From a virus (lineage: Duplodnaviria > Heunggongvirae > Uroviricota > Caudoviricetes), in the IMG/VR virus record IMGVR_UViG_3300029181_000137: 34,216 nt of DNA, one strand, 5' to 3'. Of the stretch, positions 27,492 through 34,216 are shown piece after piece. How positions within the stretch are numbered: position 1 is the first letter of the stretch; each line of letters opens with the position of its first letter. Under the pieces are notes generated by a model. The model did no database searches, had not been told where the DNA came from, and was given only the letters and a program-made list of their open reading frames with translations. Both the position numbers and the translations under genes were made by a program.

Positions 27492-27513
27492 ACCTGCTTC
27501 GGCAGGTTTTTTT
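27492..27513 (+). terminator. Intrinsic terminator after cI
   Basis: ACCTGC-TTCG-GCAGGT followed by TTTTTTT, 14 nt after the cI stop. Confidence 0.65.
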
Positions 27514-27517
27514 ATAC

Positions 27518-27549
27518 TTGACAATGTACCTTTGAGATACATAATGTAC
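27518..27549 (+). promoter_or_regulatory. Candidate pL with OL-like operator half-sites
   Basis: TTGACA (27518..27523)-16 nt-CATAAT; two ATGTACC half-sites (27523..27529, 27543..27549) sharing the TGTACC motif of the OR palindromes. Confidence 0.5.
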
Positions 27550-27636
27550 CCAAGCGAAACAACAAACAGGCAGGTCGTCCACGAAGTAGCCGCCTGGGGC
27601 ATATGAAGTCCAGGATGATTCGTTAGCAACAAAAAA

Positions 27637-27667
27637 GCGCCCTACAGGACGCTTAGCTCTTTAACAA
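27637..27667 (+). promoter_or_regulatory. nut-like element: hairpin plus boxA-like GCTCTTTAACAA
   Basis: GCTCTTTAACAA at 27656..27667 matches the remembered boxA core of rrn operons; preceded by imperfect hairpin GCGCCC-TACA-GGACGC. Confidence 0.4.
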
Positions 27668-27712
27668 TCTGGTCCCCTTCAACAAGTAACTGATAACTTG
27701 AGGAGGTGTGAA

Positions 27713-27919
27713 ATGCACAAAACAGAACCCAAAATCGTCGCGCCTGGCTACACAGATGAGGAAATTTATGAGTGGATGACAAAGAAGCTGGCAGCTATAA
27801 ACCAGCTTCGTGAAGTGCTGTCTTATCGACAGGAAACAATAGACTCCTTAAAAAAACTGGATCAGGAAATCACGGTTTTATCACAGGATGTTACTTTAGA
27901 TATTGTGCAGACAAATTAG
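27713..27919 (+). CDS. First pL-operon ORF, small acidic hypothetical protein
   Basis: 68-aa product from MHKTEPK with strong SD GAGGAGGTG; no Arg-rich motif, so not a recognisable N. Confidence 0.5.
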   Translation: MHKTEPKIVAPGYTDEEIYEWMTKKLAAINQLREVLSYRQETIDSLKKLDQEITVLSQDVTLDIVQTN

Positions 27920-28325
27920 GATCCCATTCATTTTCGTCAAAATCATCAAAGTGATGAATTTGTGATCTCCAGTCTCGATAATCTAAAAATTTCTGGGCGG
28001 TTACGCTTATTTTATCAAGCGTGAGTTCATCCTGAATTGAAAGAAGAAGTTCATCAAATTTCATCTCATTAATCTGCTTTGGCATCCAGTGATGCTTCAT
28101 CAGAATAAGGTGAACCAGAGCCTTTTTCCCATTCAACTGATTATAGGGAGTGCCGAATTTCTTCCGGTGCTCATGTAAGACAAGGTCCAGAAGAGTAAGT
28201 AATGTTGCCCTTGATTCAACTTTACTTATTTCGACTGATGACACTACCCCACTGATTTCAATGCCCCGATACTTTCCAACATTTTCACAGTGGGATTTGT
28301 ACAACGTGTAGATATTACCGGACAT
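27891..28325 (-). CDS. AT-rich hypothetical protein in the immunity region
   Basis: 144-aa ORF, about 35% GC by eye, good SD (AAAGGAAAAG), convergent with and overlapping the 3' end of the pL-proximal ORF. Confidence 0.6.
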   Translation of the reverse strand: MSGNIYTLYKSHCENVGKYRGIEISGVVSSVEISKVESRATLLTLLDLVLHEHRKKFGTPYNQLNGKKALVHLILMKHHWMPKQINEMKFDELLLSIQDELTLDKISVTAQKFLDYRDWRSQIHHFDDFDENEWDPNLSAQYLK

Positions 28326-28340
28326 TTCTTTTCCTTTTGC

Positions 28341-28392
28341 GTTGTTGGGGATAACCAGATTAACCGAATCCTTGTTGTTGGGGAATAACCAG
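28341..28392. repeat. Two direct repeats upstream of the 144-aa gene
   Basis: GTTGTTGGGGATAACCAG (28341..28358) and GTTGTTGGGGAATAACCAG (28374..28392), 15-bp spacer. Confidence 0.5.
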
Positions 28393-28655
28393 GTCCACCT
28401 CGCCTGATGTGGCTAAAAGCAGGCACATAACAGCTAAGTATTTTCAACCAGAGAGAATTCTTAGCGTTGTGGTGAATGCGGCTCAGCGCACGCGGGTTAA
28501 GGTTGAGGCTGACAGTCGACCTTCTGTAGATACCCACCCGCCTGGTGTGCAACCTTCGCCAGGCACCGGGAGGCACCCGGCACCACAACTTTATGCTGTG
28601 TGTAGTCCTGGCGGTACCAGCTTGTACTCTTGCTTCCGGCTGGTACCGTCCTTTT

Positions 28656-28745
28656 TACAAAACAGAGAAGAGCATCACCGGACGACGGGCTCATAACCCA
28701 ATCCATCCGGGCGGCTGCCACCGCAGGTGTTCTTCTCTGTTTTGT
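28656..28745 (+). ncRNA. Long structured RNA element in the early-left leader (function unknown)
   Basis: 18-bp stem ACAAAACAGAGAAGAGCA (28657..28674) with TGTTCTTCTCTGTTTTGT (28728..28745); the single non-Watson-Crick position is a G-U pair only on the + strand transcript; 53-nt GC-rich interior with sub-hairpins. Confidence 0.4.
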
Positions 28746-28793
28746 GGAGAAACTAATCGGCCTTGCAGGGTCGATATGATGAGGAGCAGCAAA

Positions 28794-29156
28794 ATGGCTA
28801 GCGAACGCAGTACTGATGTGCAGGCATTTATCGGGGAGCTGGACGGCGGCGTATTTGAAACCAAAATCGGCGCAGTTCTCAGTGAAGTCGCTTCCGGTGT
28901 GATGAACACGAAAACCAAAGGTAAGGTCTCACTCAACCTGGAAATCGAACCATTTGATGAGAACCGTGTGAAAATCAAACACAAACTCTCATATGTTCGC
29001 CCGACTAACCGCGGGAAAATTTCCGAAGAAGACACCACCGAAACGCCGATGTATGTCAATCGCGGTGGTCGCCTGACTATTCTGCAGGAAGACCAGGGAC
29101 AGTTACTGACTCTTGCCGGTGAACCTGACGGAAAACTCCGCGCAGCAGGTCGTTAA
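28794..29156 (+). CDS. yfdP: YfdP-like prophage protein
   Basis: 120-aa product from MASERSTDVQ with GAGGAG SD; first of five consecutive genes whose lengths (120/274/178/120/101 aa) match the CPS-53 yfdPQRST set as I remember it. Confidence 0.6.
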   Translation: MASERSTDVQAFIGELDGGVFETKIGAVLSEVASGVMNTKTKGKVSLNLEIEPFDENRVKIKHKLSYVRPTNRGKISEEDTTETPMYVNRGGRLTILQEDQGQLLTLAGEPDGKLRAAGR

Positions 29157-29221
29157 TATCGTTTTTAATTAACTGATTATTTATCTCATCACTGAATATC
29201 TTTATATAGTGAGGACTTATT

Positions 29222-30046
29222 ATGTCTCAGAACTTAGACGCAACCGCAATTAATCAAATCCATGCCCTTATTTCTGCTCAGGGTGTTAATGAAATTATCA
29301 GTAAGATTGGTGCCGATGCTGTGGCATTGCCTGAGAATTTCCGCATTCATGATCTGGAAAAATTTAATTTAAATCGCTTCCGTTTCCGTGGTGCGCTTTC
29401 CACTGCCAGCATCGATGACTTTACCCGTTATTCTAAAGATCTTGCAGATGAAGGCACCCGCTGCTTTATCGATGCTGATAATATGCGTGCCGTCAGTGTG
29501 CTTAACCTGGGTACTATTGATGAACCAGGTCACGCAGATAACACCGCCACACTCAAACTGAAAAAGACAGCACCGTTCTCTGCTCTGTTGTCTGTTAACG
29601 GCGAGCGTAACTCCCAGAAGTCACTGGCAGAATGGATTGAAGACTGGGCCGACTATCTTGTGGGCTTTGATGCTAATGGTGACGCTATTCAGGCAACAAA
29701 AGCGGCTGCGGCTGTCCGTAAAATCACGATTGAAGCAAACCAGACCGCTGATTTTGAAGATAATGACTTCAGCGGCAAACGCTCCCTGATGGAGTCTGTC
29801 GAAGCGAAGACCAAAGACATTATGCCAGTGGCATTTGAATTTAAATGCGTTCCGTTTGAAGGTCTGAAAGAACGTCCGTTTAAATTACGCCTCAGTATTA
29901 TCACTGGCGATCGTCCTGTACTGGTTCTGCGCATTATTCAGCTGGAGGCGGTGCAGGAAGAAATGGCTAACGAATTTCGTGATCTGCTTGTTGAGAAATT
30001 CAAGGACAGCAAAGTAGAAACCTTTATTGGTACTTTCACCGCCTGA
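29222..30046 (+). CDS. yfdQ: YfdQ-like protein (DUF2303-like)
   Basis: 274-aa ORF following yfdP-like gene; size and synteny. Confidence 0.65.
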   Translation: MSQNLDATAINQIHALISAQGVNEIISKIGADAVALPENFRIHDLEKFNLNRFRFRGALSTASIDDFTRYSKDLADEGTRCFIDADNMRAVSVLNLGTIDEPGHADNTATLKLKKTAPFSALLSVNGERNSQKSLAEWIEDWADYLVGFDANGDAIQATKAAAAVRKITIEANQTADFEDNDFSGKRSLMESVEAKTKDIMPVAFEFKCVPFEGLKERPFKLRLSIITGDRPVLVLRIIQLEAVQEEMANEFRDLLVEKFKDSKVETFIGTFTA

Positions 30047-30058
30047 TTTCATTACTGC

Positions 30059-30082
30059 AAATGCCCCTGCGGGGGCATTTAT
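30059..30082 (+). terminator. Hairpin between yfdQ-like and yfdR-like genes
   Basis: AAATGCCCC-TGC-GGGGCATTT perfect 9-bp stem followed by ATGG; weak U-tract. Confidence 0.35.
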
Positions 30083-30173
30083 GGAAACGTAATTTACTCA
30101 ATAATCGCCGGATGGTGAGGGATTCTTTTTACCAGAATTCAGCGCGGTGCAGCGCATATACGTGGAGAACAAA

Positions 30174-30710
30174 ATGTCATTTATTAAAACTTTTTCCGGG
30201 AAGCATTTTTATTATGACAGGATAAATAAAGACGACATCGATATTAACGATATCGCGGTTTCCCTTTCAAATATCTGTCGCTTTGCCGGTCATCTTTCGC
30301 ACTTCTACAGCGTCGCCCAACATGCGGTTCTTTGCAGCCAGCTGGTGCCGCAGGAATTTGCTTTTGAAGCGTTAATGCATGATGCAACAGAAGCGTATTG
30401 CCAGGACATTCCCGCACCACTGAAACGCCTTCTTCCTGACTATAAACAAATGGAAGAAAAAATAGACGCCGTAATCCGTGAGAAATACGGGTTACCCCCG
30501 GTTATGAGTACGCCCGTGAAATATGCCGATCTCATCATGCTGGCAACCGAACGCCGCGATCTCGGGCTTGATGATGGCTCTTTCTGGCCTGTACTGGAAG
30601 GTATCCCGGCAACAGAGATGTTCAACGTGATTCCACTGGCACCGGGCCATGCCTACGGGATGTTTATGGAACGCTTTAACGAGTTATCGGAGTTACGCAA
30701 ATGCGCATGA
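30174..30710 (+). CDS. yfdR: HD-domain 5'-deoxynucleotidase, YfdR-like
   Basis: 178-aa product from MSFIKTF with GGAGAA SD; HD motif context (CRFAGHLSHFYSVAQHAVLCS...LMHDATEAY). Confidence 0.75.
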   Translation: MSFIKTFSGKHFYYDRINKDDIDINDIAVSLSNICRFAGHLSHFYSVAQHAVLCSQLVPQEFAFEALMHDATEAYCQDIPAPLKRLLPDYKQMEEKIDAVIREKYGLPPVMSTPVKYADLIMLATERRDLGLDDGSFWPVLEGIPATEMFNVIPLAPGHAYGMFMERFNELSELRKCA

Positions 30711-31063
30711 ATGTTTTCGAAATGGAAGGGTTTCTTCGTGGGAGATGTGTACCGCGAGATCTGAAAGTAAATGAAACAGATGCTGAATACCTGGTGCGTA
30801 AATTCGATGCGCTTGAAGCTAAATGTGCAGCACAGGAAAACAAAGTAATACCAGTGTCAACTGAACTGCCACCAGCAAATGAAAGTGTTTTGTTATTCGA
30901 TGCTAACGGAGAAGGCTGGCTAATTGGCTGGCGTTCTCTCTGGTACACCTGGGGACAAAAAGAAACCGGAGAATGGCAGTGGACATTTCAGGTCGGGGAC
31001 CTTGAAAACGTCAATATCACTCACTGGGCAGTAATGCCAAAAGCACCGGAGGCTGGAGCATAA
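30701..31063 (+). CDS. yfdS: YfdS-like protein
   Basis: 120-aa ORF overlapping the yfdR-like stop; size and synteny. Confidence 0.55.
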   Translation: MRMNVFEMEGFLRGRCVPRDLKVNETDAEYLVRKFDALEAKCAAQENKVIPVSTELPPANESVLLFDANGEGWLIGWRSLWYTWGQKETGEWQWTFQVGDLENVNITHWAVMPKAPEAGA

Positions 31064-31368
31064 TGACCACTTTTACCGACAAAGAACTGATTAAAGAAAT
31101 TAAAGAGCGTATCAGCAGCCTTGACGTGCGAGACGATATTGAGCGCCGTGCTTATGAAATCGCACTCCTATCTCTGGAAGTAGAACCAGATGAACGCGAA
31201 GCTTATGAATTATTCATGGAAAAGCGTTTCGGTGACTTAGTAGATCGTCGGAGAGCAAAAAACGGCGATAACGAATACATGGCATGGGATATGACTCTCG
31301 GTTGGATCGTCTGGCAGCAACGAGCTGGTATCCATTTTTCAACAATGTCACAGCAAGAGGTGAAATAA
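31063..31368 (+). CDS. yfdT: YfdT-like protein
   Basis: 101-aa ORF, ATGA-type overlap with yfdS-like; size and synteny. Confidence 0.55.
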   Translation: MTTFTDKELIKEIKERISSLDVRDDIERRAYEIALLSLEVEPDEREAYELFMEKRFGDLVDRRRAKNGDNEYMAWDMTLGWIVWQQRAGIHFSTMSQQEVK

Positions 31369-31718
31369 TGGAGCCATACAGCCTCACACTCGATGAGGCC
31401 TGTCATTTTCTCAAGATATCCAGACCGACTGCCATTAACTGGATACGCACAGGGCGTCTTCAGGCAACACGCAAAGATCCCACTAAGAATAAATCTCCTT
31501 ACCTCACAACACGACAAGCCTGCATTGCGGCGCTTCAGTCTCCGCTGCATACTGTCCAGGTGAGCGCGGGTGATGGCATAACAGAGGAAAGAAAATGTCA
31601 CTCTTCCGCAGAGGTGAAATATGGTACGCCAGTTTCACATTGCCGAACGGTAAAAGATTTAAACAGTCTCTTGGAACAAAGGACAAAAGGCAGGCGACAG
31701 AACTCCATGACAAGCTAA
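31368..31718 (+). CDS. xis: Excisionase (HTH_17/Xis family)
   Basis: 116-aa product from [33 protein letters not shown] with TAATG coupling and AAGAGG SD; overlaps the int start by about 120 nt. Confidence 0.65.
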   Translation: MEPYSLTLDEACHFLKISRPTAINWIRTGRLQATRKDPTKNKSPYLTTRQACIAALQSPLHTVQVSAGDGITEERKCHSSAEVKYGTPVSHCRTVKDLNSLLEQRTKGRRQNSMTS

Positions 31719-32758
31719 AGGCTGAAGCATGGCGGGTCAGCAAACTTGGTGAAATACCTGATATAACGTTCGAGGAAGCGTGTGTCAGGTGGCTTGAAGA
31801 GAAAGCACATAAAAAATCACTGGACGATGACAAAAGCCGGATCGGATTCTGGCTTCAACATTTCGCAGGAATGCAACTAAGAGACATTACTGAATCAAAA
31901 ATTTATTCAGCAATGCAGAAAATGACGAACCGGCGTCATGAGGAAAACTGGAAACTCAGGGCAGAAGCATGCAGAAAAAAAGGGAAACCTGTTCCAGAAT
32001 ACACGCCAAAACCAGCGTCCGTTGCAACGAAGGCTACGCATCTTTCATTTATAAAGGCCCTACTAAGAGCCGCAGAGCGTGAATGGAAAATGCTGGATAA
32101 GGCACCAATTATTAAAGTGCCTCAACCAAAGAATAAACGGATCCGCTGGCTGGAGCCCCATGAAGCACAAAGGCTGATTGATGAATGTCCGGAGCCATTA
32201 AAGTCTGTTGTTGAATTTGCACTGGCAACAGGCTTAAGACGCTCGAACATCATCAACCTTGAATGGCAACAAATAGATATGCAGCGCCGGGTGGCATGGA
32301 TAAACCCGGAAGAGAGTAAATCAAACCGCGCAATTGGCGTTGCGCTGAATGATACTGCATGTCGCGTATTGAAAAAACAAATCGGGAATCATCACCGTTG
32401 GGTATTTGTGTACAAGGAAAGCTGTACCAAACCAGACGGAACGAAAGCGCCAACAGTAAGGAAGATGCGGTATGACGCAAACACAGCCTGGAAAGCGGCG
32501 CTGAGACGGGCTGGTATTGATGATTTCAGATTTCACGACTTGAGACACACCTGGGCAAGTTGGCTGGTTCAAGCCGGAGTCCCGTTGTCAGTTTTACAGG
32601 AAATGGGAGGCTGGGAGTCTATCGAAATGGTTCGTCGATATGCTCACCTTGCACCTAATCACCTTACCGAACACGCACGGCAAATAGACTCGATCCTGAA
32701 CCCATCGGTCCCAAATTTGTCCCAGTCAAAAAATAAGGAAGGTACTAATGATGTGTAA
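31595..32758 (+). CDS. int: Tyrosine integrase, P22-type
   Basis: 387 aa; C-terminal catalytic region with HDLRHTWAS and RRYAHLA (catalytic Tyr); ends 15 bp from the tRNA-Thr 3' end. Confidence 0.95.
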   Translation: MSLFRRGEIWYASFTLPNGKRFKQSLGTKDKRQATELHDKLKAEAWRVSKLGEIPDITFEEACVRWLEEKAHKKSLDDDKSRIGFWLQHFAGMQLRDITESKIYSAMQKMTNRRHEENWKLRAEACRKKGKPVPEYTPKPASVATKATHLSFIKALLRAAEREWKMLDKAPIIKVPQPKNKRIRWLEPHEAQRLIDECPEPLKSVVEFALATGLRRSNIINLEWQQIDMQRRVAWINPEESKSNRAIGVALNDTACRVLKKQIGNHHRWVFVYKESCTKPDGTKAPTVRKMRYDANTAWKAALRRAGIDDFRFHDLRHTWASWLVQAGVPLSVLQEMGGWESIEMVRRYAHLAPNHLTEHARQIDSILNPSVPNLSQSKNKEGTNDV

Positions 32759-32772
32759 CTTATTGATTTTAA

Positions 32773-32848
32773 TGGTGCCGATAATAGGAGTCGAACCTAC
32801 GACCTTCGCATTACGAATGCGCTGCTCTACCAACTGAGCTATATCGGC
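32773..32848 (-). tRNA. thrW: tRNA-Thr (anticodon CGT), integration target
   Basis: Minus strand reads GCCGATATAGCTCAGTTGGTAGAGCAGCGCATTCGTAATGCGAAGGTCGTAGGTTCGACTCCTATTATCGGCACCA; anticodon loop ATTCGTAAT; encoded CCA end. Confidence 0.9.
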
Positions 32849-32962
32849 CCTGAAAGGACATGTTCACGAACGTGAATCACGGTGGACAAGGTTAAAACTA
32901 ACCGGGCGATGCGTCAATGGCCTTGTGAATCAAATGGCTACTTTTGCATCACCCGGTTTTAT

Positions 32963-34216
32963 TTACGCACGAATGGTGTAATCACCAATGCCGATCCACT
33001 TGTAAGTGGTCAGTGCTTCCAGCCCCATTGGGCCACGCGCGTGGAGTTTTTGTGTGCTTACCGCCACTTCCGCACCCAGACCAAACTGGCCGCCGTCGGT
33101 AAAACGCGTAGAGGCGTTAACGTAAACAGCGGACGAATCCACTTCGTTAACAAAACGCTGGGCGTTGCGCATATCGCGGGTCAGGATCGCATCGGAGTGT
33201 TGTGTGCCGTGTTCACGAATATGGGCGATGGCATCGTCAAGATCGCTGACGATTTTGACGTTCAAATCTAATGACAGAAACTCATCGTCATACTCTTCGG
33301 CTTTAACAGCAACCACCTTCGCAGGGCCTGCCTGCAACTGCGCCAGTGCAGCTGCATCTGCGTGTAATGTCACGCCGCTTTCCGCCATTTGTTTGCTTAA
33401 TGCGGGCAGGAAGCTATCGGCGATGTTTTTATTCACCAGCAACGTTTCAACCGTATTACATGTGCTCGGACGCTGAGTTTTCGCGTTGACGATCACTTTT
33501 AATGCTTCAGCGATCTCTACACTTTCATCAACGTAAATATGGCATACGCCTATACCACCTGTGATCACCGGGATTGTCGACTGTTCACGGCACAGTTTAT
33601 GCAAACCAGCGCCACCACGCGGGATCAGCATGTCGATGTATTTATCCATACGCAGCATTTCACTGACCAGCGCACGGTCAGGATTATCAATCGCCTGCAC
33701 GGCACCCGCCGGTAAGCCGCAGGATTTCAGGGCGTCCTGAATCACCGCCACCGTTGCAGCGTTAGTGCGACACGTTTCTTTGCCACCGCGCAGGATCACC
33801 GCATTACCGGTTTTCAGGCACAGCGAAGCGACATCAACCGTCACGTTCGGGCGCGCTTCATAAATCACGCCAATAACCCCCAGCGGTACGCGACGACGCT
33901 CAAGACGCAGGCCGCTGTCCAGTACGCCGCCATCGATTACCTGCCCCACCGGATCGGCGAGGTTGCACACCTGACGTACATCGTCGGCAATGCCTTTCAG
34001 CCGTGCGGGCGTCAGTGCCAGACGGTCAAGCATCGCTTCGCTAAGGCCATTGGCTCGCGCGTCAGCAACATCCTGGGCGTTAGCGTTGAGGATGATTTCG
34101 CTTTGTGCTTCCAGTTCATCGGCGATTTTTTCCAGCACGCGATTTTTTTCGCGGCTGGAGAGTTGCGCTAATTTATACGAGGCTTGCTTCGCGGCAATGC
34201 CCATTTGTTCCAGCAT
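32963..34216 (-). CDS. proA: Gamma-glutamyl phosphate reductase (host gene)
   Basis: 417-aa ORF whose start codon is the last 3 bases of the window; recognised as E. coli ProA ([36 protein letters not shown]...). Confidence 0.95.

Larger units (their letters stand above)
1..32790. mobile_element. Lambdoid-organised prophage (partial; left end outside window), integrated at thrW; apparently packaging-defective
   Basis: Continuous phage gene order tail-head-lysis-Q-nin-replication-cro/cI-early left-xis-int ending at a tRNA-Thr gene followed by host proA. Right boundary is approximate, inside or at the 3' end of the tRNA. Confidence 0.85.

Noticed and set aside
28545-29156. 203-aa extended version of the yfdP-like ORF
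   Set aside because: The N-terminal extension overlaps the structured leader and lacks an RBS; the internal MASERS start has a GAGGAG SD and gives 120 aa.
32882-33271. 129-aa + strand ORF
   Set aside because: Antisense to proA, which is recognisable along its whole length.
1-34216. CRISPR arrays or insertion sequences
   Set aside because: No regularly spaced identical repeats with unique spacers and no transposase ORF with terminal inverted repeats were seen; the only repeat clusters are the iterons (25121..25270) and the two direct repeats at 28341..28392.

Overview
Almost the whole window (1 to about 32.79 kb) is a lambdoid-organised prophage integrated at tRNA-Thr (thrW) beside host proA; its left end lies beyond the window. 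Reading right to left: integrase/excisionase and a yfdPQRST-like early-left module (+ strand), a divergent cI/cro immunity switch with palindromic operators, then on the - strand an O-like replication gene with internal iterons, a nin-like region (PerC-like, LexA-DBD-like, RusA, KilA-N, DUF968-like), a QuuD-type Q antiterminator, a lambda-like lysis cassette, an HK97-type head module and a Mu-like contractile tail/baseplate module. The prophage looks packaging-defective: HNH is followed by a 26-codon small-terminase fragment, no large terminase, and an N-terminally truncated portal. The main hunt result is an AT-rich, opposite-strand, translationally coupled two-gene cassette between Q and the lysis genes (18871..21260): an NdpA/YejK-family (NA37) protein plus a protein with three C-terminal transmembrane helices. 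I do not recognise this pair as a named defence system and propose it as a candidate new prophage-encoded anti-phage/abortive-infection module. Other cargo includes an orphan DPPY DNA methyltransferase, an AT-rich secreted-protein moron inside the tail operon, an AT-rich 144-aa gene with upstream direct repeats in the immunity region, and a long G-U-compensated RNA stem in the early-left leader. All calls rest on reading the sequence and remembered family signatures; no database search was run, and GC values are by-eye estimates.
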